A DNA stretch of 25,392 nt from Candidatus Bathyarchaeia archaeon (lineage in GTDB: Archaea; Thermoproteota; Bathyarchaeia; Bathyarchaeales; Bathycorpusculaceae), in NCBI GenBank assembly GCA_038883795.1, contig JAVZLK010000023.1, positions 1-25,392 on the forward strand. Direction: 5' to 3'. Numbering within the stretch: the stretch's first letter is position 1; the number at the start of each line of letters is the position of its first letter. Below the pieces are notes generated by a model. That model worked only from the letters and a program-made list of their open reading frames with translations. It searched no databases and had not been told where the DNA came from. Both the position numbers and the translations under genes were made by a program. This document shows, in pieces, positions 16,836-24,969 of this stretch.

Positions 16836-17078
16836 ATGAACCCGTTGAATGTCGGTTTGGGAGTTGTTGCAGCTTTAATCTATGCTTTCCTTGGTTATTC
16901 AGCGCAAGACAAGCCCTTTAACTGGAAAAAGTTTCTGCGAACAGTCGCTATCGGCGCTTTCTCAGCTTTAGGCTTGGATTTGGCTGGCTTAACCTTTGAC
17001 GTTTATACTGCTTTAGTGGGTCCGACTGCTATTACCGTGTGGCTTCAGAAATTGGTTGACACCGCTAAGCCCTCTTAA
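16836..17078 (+). CDS. Small membrane protein, holin-like
   Basis: 80 aa with 2-3 hydrophobic segments and an FNWKKFLRT motif. Confidence 0.6.
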   Translation: MNPLNVGLGVVAALIYAFLGYSAQDKPFNWKKFLRTVAIGAFSALGLDLAGLTFDVYTALVGPTAITVWLQKLVDTAKPS

Positions 17079-17110
17079 TCTTGCCCATCAAAATCCGAGA
17101 AAGGAGCTGA

Positions 17111-18349
17111 TTGCCTATGCGGAAGTATGGTTTGAAAAGCGTTGAGGCTGACAGCCTGCAAATCAAAGAAGATGAGGAAACGCTTATCGTGCCCGCAGTG
17201 ATTACTCGAGAAGGCGTTTACGATTACGATGGTATGCTTATTTACGAGCCTGCTTCTGAGGTTGAGAAAGCAGCTTTTACGGCTTTGAACGCTTGGGTTG
17301 TCGAGGAACATCCGCCAGAAATAATCCTTTCCAAACCGCAACTTATCCGTGGAACTGTACGAAACGCCAAGTTTGAAAAGGACAGAATAAAGGCTGAACT
17401 TGTGTTCTTCAAAAACCGCTGCAGCCCCCAATATCTCGAAGACATTAAAAGTGGCAAAGCAAGAAGCGTCAGCATAGGCTTCTTTTTCGATTGTATTCCG
17501 CAGCCTGGCGAGTTCAAAGGGCAACACTACGAGTATGTTAAGAAAGACATTCTCATTGATCATGTGGCTGTTGGAAGCTGGCAGGGAAGATGCAGCTACC
17601 CACTCTGCGGAATAGGCGTAGATAGCACGCTTAAAGGCGCAGACCCATACCCAAACGAGCATAGCTGTCGCCTAAGAGAACCAGAAACGCTAAACATAGT
17701 GGGCAGCGGCGAACGCAAACACAACGGAAAAACCTACCGCGTCATCTACGGCAAACCAAAAGACAAGCCAGAGGCTGGTTCAGTTGAGCAAGCCTACCGC
17801 TACCCAGTAAAAACATGGAATGAAGCAGAAGCGCGAAAACACTGTGAACAACATGATGGAAAGTTTGAAGTTGCGGAACCGAAAGAAGAAGGCGACGTTA
17901 TGCGAGAGAAGAAACAAGAAGAAGAGACTGAAAGAGAAAAACTGCACAAGGCTGCAGAAAATCGAGAAAAGAAATACGGCATAAAATTCCGAGAAGACAA
18001 AGGACATTTAACACCGCCAAAAGATTACCCACAGAATGAAGAGGATTATGCTGATCCTGTGAATTATGCTTATCCGCTTGTGCCGGAAGAGCGATGCAGA
18101 AACGCTTTAGCCCGCTGGGGCGCCTTCAGAGAAGAATACGAGCAGAGCGAACGCAATATTATCTATGAACGTATTGTCAAGCGTGCCTTAAACTATGGCA
18201 TGACAGTCCGCTACAACCCAGAACTGCCAGAAGCCAAAGCCCTACCAGAAAACATCAAAAAACAGCTTGAAGGCTACGAATCAGCAGACAGCCTAATCGC
18301 CAAGGCAAACGCACTAATTCATCAGTTAAAAACATACAATAGCAACTAA
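17111..18349 (+). CDS. Prohead maturation protease (DUF2213-like) with extra C-terminal domains
   Basis: AVITREGVYDY, VVEEHP, RSVSIGF, IDHVAV..GRC; C-terminal DPVNYAYPL...RNALARW module. Confidence 0.85.
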   Translation: MPMRKYGLKSVEADSLQIKEDEETLIVPAVITREGVYDYDGMLIYEPASEVEKAAFTALNAWVVEEHPPEIILSKPQLIRGTVRNAKFEKDRIKAELVFFKNRCSPQYLEDIKSGKARSVSIGFFFDCIPQPGEFKGQHYEYVKKDILIDHVAVGSWQGRCSYPLCGIGVDSTLKGADPYPNEHSCRLREPETLNIVGSGERKHNGKTYRVIYGKPKDKPEAGSVEQAYRYPVKTWNEAEARKHCEQHDGKFEVAEPKEEGDVMREKKQEEETEREKLHKAAENREKKYGIKFREDKGHLTPPKDYPQNEEDYADPVNYAYPLVPEERCRNALARWGAFREEYEQSERNIIYERIVKRALNYGMTVRYNPELPEAKALPENIKKQLEGYESADSLIAKANALIHQLKTYNSN

Positions 18350-18405
18350 TACGTTATACACTTGGTTTTTATAGATGTTCTTCTCTCTTTCCTTGAGGTC
18401 AGGTA

Positions 18406-18909
18406 ATGGAAGATTATTTTGAGACAGTTAGGCAGGTCTTAATTCCAATGTTTTTCAAAGAAGCGCAATTAGGCAGGTCGTTAAGAGAAGACAATCCGGA
18501 AATGAGGAAACAAGTTTTTAGAGCATGTCTTGAGTTAGCAAATAAAGCCGATGATGGAACTTTAAAAAATATAGACATTAGAAACAAAATTATCGAAGTC
18601 AGCAAAAACGCCAAATGTTCCATTGGTCAAGCTCAAAAAATAATCAATGTTTACCTAAAGTATTATTGCATCCTCACAAAGAAATCACCAGAAATAATCA
18701 GAGAACTCGATTGCCCACTGGATAGTCAAATAATGTCTAAGTATCAAACATCAGGAGCCTGGAAAATATCATTAAAGGAAATGACGAACATTGATTGGTA
18801 CAATGCTTGGCAAAAAAGGATGGAATCCATCGGAAATGGAATTAGATTAAGCCCAGACATCAAGACATATGATAAACAAAGGATACAACTTTTCCTCAAA
18901 TCCGAGTAG
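18406..18909 (+). CDS. Alpha-helical moron, possibly HhH-GPD/DNA-glycosylase-like
   Basis: SIGQAQKIINVYLKYY...LDCPLDSQI; inserted between protease and scaffold genes. Confidence 0.5.
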   Translation: MEDYFETVRQVLIPMFFKEAQLGRSLREDNPEMRKQVFRACLELANKADDGTLKNIDIRNKIIEVSKNAKCSIGQAQKIINVYLKYYCILTKKSPEIIRELDCPLDSQIMSKYQTSGAWKISLKEMTNIDWYNAWQKRMESIGNGIRLSPDIKTYDKQRIQLFLKSE

Positions 18910-18967
18910 AACTTTACTTTATAAGCGGTCTCTTTACCGAACTTTCTTTCCATGAAAATTCCAATTT

Positions 18968-19020
18968 GCTGAACCAATAAAATTCATAGAATAGTTTGTT
19001 CTGCTGAACCTCGCTGAACC
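18968..19020 (+). promoter_or_regulatory. GCTGAACC repeat cluster upstream of a TATA-like box and the scaffold gene
   Basis: GCTGAACC at 18968, 19003 and 19013, followed by AAATTATATAA; a fourth copy lies at 16786. Confidence 0.6.
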
Positions 19021-19058
19021 CAAATTATATAATGCGAATACCAGTTCTCGTGAAAAAC

Positions 19059-19403
19059 ATGAGTGAAGAAAAGCCAACAGAAGATGTTAAAACATTAAAG
19101 GCGAGAATAGCGGAGCTTGAAGCTGAAAACGAGAAGCTCAAGACTACAATGACAGAGGCAAGTAAAACCTTGACGGCTTACGTTGAGAAGGAAAGAGAAG
19201 CAGTAATCAAATCAATAATGGAAAAAACCACGCTTTCAAAAGACGAGCTGGAGAAGTTGGATCTTGCTCAGCTTAGACTCATCCAGAAAGGAGCTGACAG
19301 CGTTAAAGGCACCGTGAAAAATGTTCGCAGTGCTGGAGCCACTACGGGCGAAGGCGAAAACAAGCTGACGGTTGGCTGCCTGTACCATAAAAAGGAGCAG
19401 TGA
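19059..19403 (+). CDS. Capsid scaffolding-like coiled-coil protein
   Basis: LKARIAELEAENEKLK; position between protease and decoration/capsid genes. Start 19059 or 19032. Confidence 0.65.
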   Translation: MSEEKPTEDVKTLKARIAELEAENEKLKTTMTEASKTLTAYVEKEREAVIKSIMEKTTLSKDELEKLDLAQLRLIQKGADSVKGTVKNVRSAGATTGEGENKLTVGCLYHKKEQ

Positions 19404-19410
19404 TTAGGCT

Positions 19411-19920
19411 ATGCCATTTGTTAAACCTTCTAACAAGATTTTGGTTGGCGGAAACCCAATCGTTGAAGAACTCATAACCGAAGGAACAAGCTGCAAGCCA
19501 GGCTTATTCGTTAAGAAGGGCACAGCTGACCATCAGGTTCAGCTTGCAGGCGACGGAGAGCAAAAGCCCTTAGGCGTATTGGACGCAGACCCAAGATATC
19601 CAATTGCAAATGCTTTCCCGGACAAGCATCCAGTTCGTGTGTTGAAGGCGCCTGCGGTTGTGGTAGCCACTTTGGCAAGCGGAAACAACGTTGTTAAAGG
19701 TGCATCGCTGGTTTGTGCTGCAAACGGAAAACTGAAGGCTGCAGCCACCATATCCGTAAGCGTTCCATCAGGAGCCACTAACGTGACATCAAACGCTGCT
19801 CAACCAGACCTCTTGGAAATCGGAAGCATTCCGCCCTACGGTCCGATTGTGGCTTATGCTGAGGAAAGCGTTGACGCTTCTGCCGCTGACAAGTCGATTA
19901 TGGTTAGGCTGGTGATTTAG
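19411..19920 (+). CDS. Capsid decoration/cement protein
   Basis: Ala/Gly/Val-rich, beta-rich 169 aa immediately upstream of the capsid gene; GASLVCAANGKL, IVAYAEESVD. Confidence 0.65.
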   Translation: MPFVKPSNKILVGGNPIVEELITEGTSCKPGLFVKKGTADHQVQLAGDGEQKPLGVLDADPRYPIANAFPDKHPVRVLKAPAVVVATLASGNNVVKGASLVCAANGKLKAAATISVSVPSGATNVTSNAAQPDLLEIGSIPPYGPIVAYAEESVDASAADKSIMVRLVI

Positions 19921-19923
19921 AAG

Positions 19924-20808
19924 ATGGACCCACTTTCTCTTGTTGGAAGAGCCCAAGCGCCATTGCGTGAAGAGGAATGGAAACAATTAGACGAGGCTGT
20001 TGTCAGAGCTGCCCAACCCGTGCTTGTGGGACGCCGTGTCTTGCCAGTTAAGCAGCTTGCAGGCGTAGGCGTCATGACCGTGGACTGGGACGAGCTATCG
20101 GAAATGAGCGCTGCCCACATCAGCATGTACGGCGAAACACCAGCAGAAGACACCATAATCTACACGCGCAAAAGCCTCACAGTGCCAATACTGCACAAAG
20201 ACTTTCGCATACACTGGCGAGACTTGGAAGCGTCAAGGCGTTTTGGAGCACCATTGGACACGGCGAACGCAGAATCCGCAGCCCTTGTTGTCGCCCAAAA
20301 AGAAGACCGTCTGATTCTTAACGGCGAAATATCTGGCGAACCCATGTTGGGCATAGAAGGATTAACAACTGCCACAGGAAGGCAGACACAAGCAAGCAGC
20401 GGAGCGTGGGCAACAGCTCCAAACGCATTAAACGATGTAAGGGCAGCAGCCAAGAAACTGCTTGAAAAGTATTATCCGCCTCCTTATGATTTGATTGTTC
20501 AGCCAAGCGCCTTCATGGACGCCCACACGCTCATAGCGAACACGGGTATAACTCAAATCGAGAAAATCAAGGAGCTAATCGGCGGAAACATCTACATAAG
20601 CAGCCAGCTTAAGGCTGCAGACGGCGGAACAGACAGCGCCATACTAATCAAAAGCGGAGCAGAAAACGCAGACCTATGCGTAGCCCAAGACTTGCGCACA
20701 TTCTATATGCAAACTGTCGACATGAACCACCACTTCAAAGTCTACGAAGCAGTGGTTCCACGCATCAAGAGACCAACAGCCATATGCGAGATAACAGCTA
20801 TAACATAG
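19924..20808 (+). CDS. HK97-fold major capsid protein, encapsulin/Linocin_M18-like
   Basis: APLREEEWKQLDEAVV...LVGRR, PILHKDFRIHWRDLEASRR...LD, VAQKEDRLILNG, GIEGL, PPYDLIV, PRIKRPTAI. Confidence 0.92.
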   Translation: MDPLSLVGRAQAPLREEEWKQLDEAVVRAAQPVLVGRRVLPVKQLAGVGVMTVDWDELSEMSAAHISMYGETPAEDTIIYTRKSLTVPILHKDFRIHWRDLEASRRFGAPLDTANAESAALVVAQKEDRLILNGEISGEPMLGIEGLTTATGRQTQASSGAWATAPNALNDVRAAAKKLLEKYYPPPYDLIVQPSAFMDAHTLIANTGITQIEKIKELIGGNIYISSQLKAADGGTDSAILIKSGAENADLCVAQDLRTFYMQTVDMNHHFKVYEAVVPRIKRPTAICEITAIT

Positions 20809-20842
20809 CCAAATAGTAAGGTCTGAACGCATTTCATTCTCC

Positions 20843-20854
20843 TTTTTATTTTTT
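20843..20854 (+). terminator. Oligo-T archaeal terminator after the capsid gene
   Basis: TTTTTATTTTTT about 35 nt after the stop codon. Confidence 0.5.
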
Positions 20855-21055
20855 GGATTAAGCCTTCAGAATAAAAGGCATCTTTTAACAGCGTAACTTT
20901 TCATGAGCAAAGTGCCTACTCATGTTTATGATTTTAAAACTCTGCATAAATGAGCTTTATTGAATACAAACTTTCCTAAATAGAAAAATATATATCTAAC
21001 TTCGCTTATGTAACTCTACATGAGCATATCTTTCAAAAGATTTGGAGGTGTTAAT

Positions 21056-21607
21056 ATGGCAAATCTTGACCGGTTAAATATACAAGTAGGCAAAAATAAT
21101 GAAACTATCATAACTATCTATCCAGATGCTGACAAAACACCGCGAGAACTTCGTATTCTTACACTTGATACGGTTGCCCGTTTATTAGGGATTGATATTA
21201 GTGAAGCACTAAGAAAGGTAATGACCCCTGAACTAACGGCATCTTCTATTGGAGAAATTGTTGACGCTAACGGTTGCAGATATGCAGTTCCAAGCGAGAT
21301 AAATAGTTTAGCTAAAAGCGGGCAAGCTGGTTGGGTGACATTATGTGAAAACCATATAGGCGAAAGAAACAAAACAGAAGCCAATCAGCTTGCAAGTGAA
21401 GTTAAAGCCAAATTTTCTAACATTTTTGGTTCAACTTTCGAAGGCTATTTATCGGTTGGTATTGCAAAAAGCTTCCAGAAATTAATCGACTTAAAATTCA
21501 TATCTTACGATGAATATAACCCCGATCCTAACAACCCTGGCTGGATACGTCGGCGGTACTGGGTAGAGCCTGAACAAGCACAAAAGATGAAAAAAATAGG
21601 TCAATAG
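21056..21607 (+). CDS. Hypothetical moron protein
   Basis: GGAGGTG at 21044-21050 before ATG 21056; own TATA-like promoter near 20990 and a downstream T-tract. Confidence 0.7.
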   Translation: MANLDRLNIQVGKNNETIITIYPDADKTPRELRILTLDTVARLLGIDISEALRKVMTPELTASSIGEIVDANGCRYAVPSEINSLAKSGQAGWVTLCENHIGERNKTEANQLASEVKAKFSNIFGSTFEGYLSVGIAKSFQKLIDLKFISYDEYNPDPNNPGWIRRRYWVEPEQAQKMKKIGQ

Positions 21608-21721
21608 GTGAGCTGGAATCTCCCTTCAACGCATTATTCTATTTTCCTCTTTTTCTTTTTAAATTAAAGTTTCAGAATGGTTTATTATCAAAAATAGGCA
21701 AAAATTCATCATGGATTAGTC

Positions 21722-21988
21722 ATGTTCCTGACGGTTAAACAAAGGATTCTGGTTATATTGCTTGAGAAAGGATCATTACAAAACAGTGAAATAGCCAAAA
21801 GAGCAGGTATAACAGAACAATGGTGCAGCGAAATCATAAACGCCTTGCAAGAAGAAGGCTTGATTGAAAGCCAATTCATAACACCAAGGAGAATAAACAA
21901 ACTCACGAACAGGGGCGTAGAAGTAGCCAAGCATTTGAAAGAAATAAGCCAAACGATAATTCCCCCTGCAGAAAAAATTTTTCACTAA
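21722..21988 (+). CDS. Winged-helix (MarR/ArsR-like) transcription regulator
   Basis: LTVKQRILVIL...NSEIAKRAGITEQWCSEIINALQEEGLIES...LTNRG. Confidence 0.85.
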   Translation: MFLTVKQRILVILLEKGSLQNSEIAKRAGITEQWCSEIINALQEEGLIESQFITPRRINKLTNRGVEVAKHLKEISQTIIPPAEKIFH

Positions 21989-22075
21989 TTTAATGACTTG
22001 CCAAACTCTTTTTGGTACTTGCGCTAAGCCCTTTGTAAAATTTTTATAGTGTGTATAAGACATTTTTAATGATGT

Positions 22076-23008
22076 TTGGTGGTGAGTTTGCTACCAGAAA
22101 AGGAATCCAAACGGTTGATAGTTCATTTTCAAATCGATAGTGAAAGAGCGGTCAGAGATGCTTTTGCTCGATATCATGCTGAACTTGGTTACCCTAAAAT
22201 ACTCGTTTCACAGGAATCATTTCCCGATTATATATTAGAGGATGCTTCTGGAAGCAAAATTAGAGCGGAAGCTGAATTTCGGTCTTCTGGTTACAATCAT
22301 CCTATTGACGGTTGTGATCTCGTCATTTGCTGGGAGGTCGATAGGAAATTACCTATTCCTACTTTGGAACTATGCAGATACATAGAGTTACCACACGTTT
22401 TTGATGGTTTTAAGGAAGGAGAACTTGCTGATATATCAGAGCATGTCAAACGATATGCTGTTGTTGCAGACAAAAGTAAAAATCTTATGAAAGAACTTGC
22501 AAGCCTTATCAAGAGAAGAGACCATCGTTCGATATGCTCAGATTTGTATGCATCAGGGGAATCATACGATGCGCCAGTTGTTGCTACAATATATAGCCAA
22601 CAATATGGAAGAGAAGGATGGGAAGTAAATCCGGTTGTAATGGTTATAAATTTTCTGAATGAGGAACTCATAATTGAAGGTAGGCTATATTCATATTTGC
22701 CAAATTTCAAAGTTATTTCCTTGGACAGATGGAAGGAACTATTTCATGATGCACAAGAGGAAAGTTTCAAATGTTTCTTAAAGCCATACGGTCCCGAAGA
22801 ACCTTATGAAGTCAGCATTGACACATTTGTTCAGAACATACCAGATCCGAATAAAATCTGGTGCGTTGCATTTGTTAGAAAATATGACTTTAACTTCTTA
22901 TATGAGAAATGTGATTTAGTTATCAGTTCATTATCTACAACAATTATTTCAATGCTTGACTTTTTGGAGAAAATTAAATTATACGGTCAACAAGGTGCAT
23001 CTGTGTAA
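22076..23008 (+). CDS. N-terminal PD-(D/E)xK-type endonuclease domain plus unknown C-terminal domain
   Basis: SERAV, FPDYIL...IRAEAEFRSS..H....CDLVICWE (ExE variant). Confidence 0.7.
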   Translation: MVVSLLPEKESKRLIVHFQIDSERAVRDAFARYHAELGYPKILVSQESFPDYILEDASGSKIRAEAEFRSSGYNHPIDGCDLVICWEVDRKLPIPTLELCRYIELPHVFDGFKEGELADISEHVKRYAVVADKSKNLMKELASLIKRRDHRSICSDLYASGESYDAPVVATIYSQQYGREGWEVNPVVMVINFLNEELIIEGRLYSYLPNFKVISLDRWKELFHDAQEESFKCFLKPYGPEEPYEVSIDTFVQNIPDPNKIWCVAFVRKYDFNFLYEKCDLVISSLSTTIISMLDFLEKIKLYGQQGASV

Positions 23009-23050
23009 ATGTAAATACATCACTTGAGAATTTTGTAAATTATGATAAAG

Positions 23051-24406
23051 TTAATCAAACGTGAATGTTGGTTCTTTTCTTGGCGGTTCTCTTGCTACGT
23101 AAACGCTTAGGGCTAAGCTCCAGAAGCGATCGTCATGTGTGCCTTCTGGATGGCTAAACTTGATTTTTCCGTCCTTTGTCAGCTCGAACCGTTCGATGTT
23201 TAGTTCTGCTATCAAGTTGCTGTCGTATGGGATTTTGAGCCTTTTCTCAACCATGCATTGTTTTAGCCACTGAGCCATTTTCTCTTTTGTTTCCTGCGTG
23301 AACTTTACGCCTTCAGTCACCTTTATTCCAGCGTTAACCATGTCTTCAACAATGTAGTCGCCCACGCCTGACATGTCCACAAGCACTTTGTTAATTCTAT
23401 TCCAGCGGTCGCATAGGGTTTTCACATAGCCTATTACGCTTGCGTAGGGCGTTTTAAGCGGGAACTGGTGCATGTGGATTAATTTTATAGAAGAATCTTC
23501 TACCTTCACAACTGAAAATACGCTGTAGTCTTGGTGTTTGCCCAAGTCAAGACCAGCATAAAACACGCCCTTCGCTATTTCTTCGAAGCCTATGTAATCC
23601 AGCTCGTGGTCTATGCAGCTTGTTATCAGCGCCTGCGAAAGCCAAACGTTTTCGTCTTCAGCCCATTCGGCGAGCATTTCCCTTCGCCAACGCCATGGGT
23701 CGCCTTCCAGCTGCCTTTTAATCTTGTCGAGGATTTCCTGTTTTAATGGTCCTTTTGGCTCTAAGGCTTGTTCGTAGGTTATGTGGCTTTTTGCAAAATC
23801 CGCGTAGGCTGGGTTATTCCATATTTGCCAGAAAATGCTGTCCGTATGCCAAGGTGTGCTTGTGCATATGAATTTGCCGTTTGTTGTGCCCAGCGTGAAG
23901 AGAATGGCATCGTAAAGTTCTTGATCGTTTGCTATGAAGTTGAACTCGTCTGCGTAAACCAAATGCAGTGTTGGTCCTCTAATGGTTTCAGGGTTATTTG
24001 GGAAAGCCTCGATGACGCTGCTGTTTTTTAGGCGGACTATGGTGTGCTGGGGCTTATGGTAATAGCCCTTTGAGATTTTGCGTAAGAACTGGTTTATTCG
24101 GCGTATGACAAGTTTTGTCTGTCTCCAGCTTGGTCCTACTATGCCAATGTTTGTGTTTGGATGGGTTAAAGCGTAATGCAGCAGCAGAGCCGCTATTGTG
24201 TGGCTTTTTCCGCTTTGGCGGCACCATCTTGCAGCGACAAACTGGTTTTTCTGAAACTTGCCGATTAAGTCAAGCTGGTATTCTGTGGGCGTGAAGCCTA
24301 AAAAATCACGCATAAATACAACAGGGTCTTCTGGGATTTTCTCTTGTAAGGCTTTAAGCTCTTCATGCAGTGTAGCCAGTTCCTGCTTTTGCCTTTGCCT
24401 CATCAA
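23051..24406 (-). CDS. terL: Terminase large subunit
   Basis: YQ motif, Walker A WCRQSGKS, Walker B VYADE, TSTP; RNase H-like nuclease AGLDLG, VDMSGVG, HDDRFWSLAL. Confidence 0.95.
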   Translation of the reverse strand: MMRQRQKQELATLHEELKALQEKIPEDPVVFMRDFLGFTPTEYQLDLIGKFQKNQFVAARWCRQSGKSHTIAALLLHYALTHPNTNIGIVGPSWRQTKLVIRRINQFLRKISKGYYHKPQHTIVRLKNSSVIEAFPNNPETIRGPTLHLVYADEFNFIANDQELYDAILFTLGTTNGKFICTSTPWHTDSIFWQIWNNPAYADFAKSHITYEQALEPKGPLKQEILDKIKRQLEGDPWRWRREMLAEWAEDENVWLSQALITSCIDHELDYIGFEEIAKGVFYAGLDLGKHQDYSVFSVVKVEDSSIKLIHMHQFPLKTPYASVIGYVKTLCDRWNRINKVLVDMSGVGDYIVEDMVNAGIKVTEGVKFTQETKEKMAQWLKQCMVEKRLKIPYDSNLIAELNIERFELTKDGKIKFSHPEGTHDDRFWSLALSVYVAREPPRKEPTFTFD

Positions 24407-24704
24407 CCAGCCGCCTTAACTCTTTCAATTGCTCGTCGATTTCCCGTTCATCGAAGCCTTTGGCTATGCTCTGCATAACTTGGGCTGTGTAGGCTGCCAC
24501 CCTCGCCCACATTTGCCTCTGCTTAACCGTTAATTCTTTACTCTGAACCGTAACTTCGCCTCTCGCCATTTTGACGGCTTCGTTAAAGATCTGCTCAAGT
24601 TCTCGCAGAAGCTTTTCCCTCAGCTTTTGAGTGTCAACCTTGATTTTCTCTTGTATTTCGCCGATACGCTTCGACAGCAAAAATGGGCGGGAAAATTTAG
24701 CCAT
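24363..24704 (-). CDS. Helical/coiled-coil protein, candidate terminase small subunit
   Basis: Directly upstream of and overlapping terL; helical composition. Function inferred from position only. Confidence 0.5.
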   Translation of the reverse strand: MAKFSRPFLLSKRIGEIQEKIKVDTQKLREKLLRELEQIFNEAVKMARGEVTVQSKELTVKQRQMWARVAAYTAQVMQSIAKGFDEREIDEQLKELRRLVDEAKAKAGTGYTA

Positions 24705-24723
24705 TTTACCTACCCCTATCCCC

Positions 24724-24969
24724 CTACGTTTTTTGCGTTAAGAAAATGCCCGTAATGTTGCCTACAAGCCCAGCAATAACCGTGAAAACTTCACTGTTCC
24801 ACTTACCCAAAACAATCAGATGCACTGCTTCTAAAGCGGTTAAACAGCCAACCATGCCAAGGCTAAAATAAACCGCATAAAGCAGCTTCTGGCTCGGCGG
24901 AACCTCAACCCTTCTTCCACGCTTCACCTGAATAGTCTTCGTTAAAGCCTCTCGAATCGGATTCCTCAC
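24724..24969 (-). CDS. Small two-helix membrane protein
   Basis: Basic N-terminus followed by two hydrophobic segments. Confidence 0.65.
   Translation of the reverse strand: MRNPIREALTKTIQVKRGRRVEVPPSQKLLYAVYFSLGMVGCLTALEAVHLIVLGKWNSEVFTVIAGLVGNITGIFLTQKT

Noticed and set aside
19924-20808. Stand-alone cellular encapsulin operon
   Set aside because: No ferritin-like or peroxidase cargo gene; portal, protease and terminase are present.
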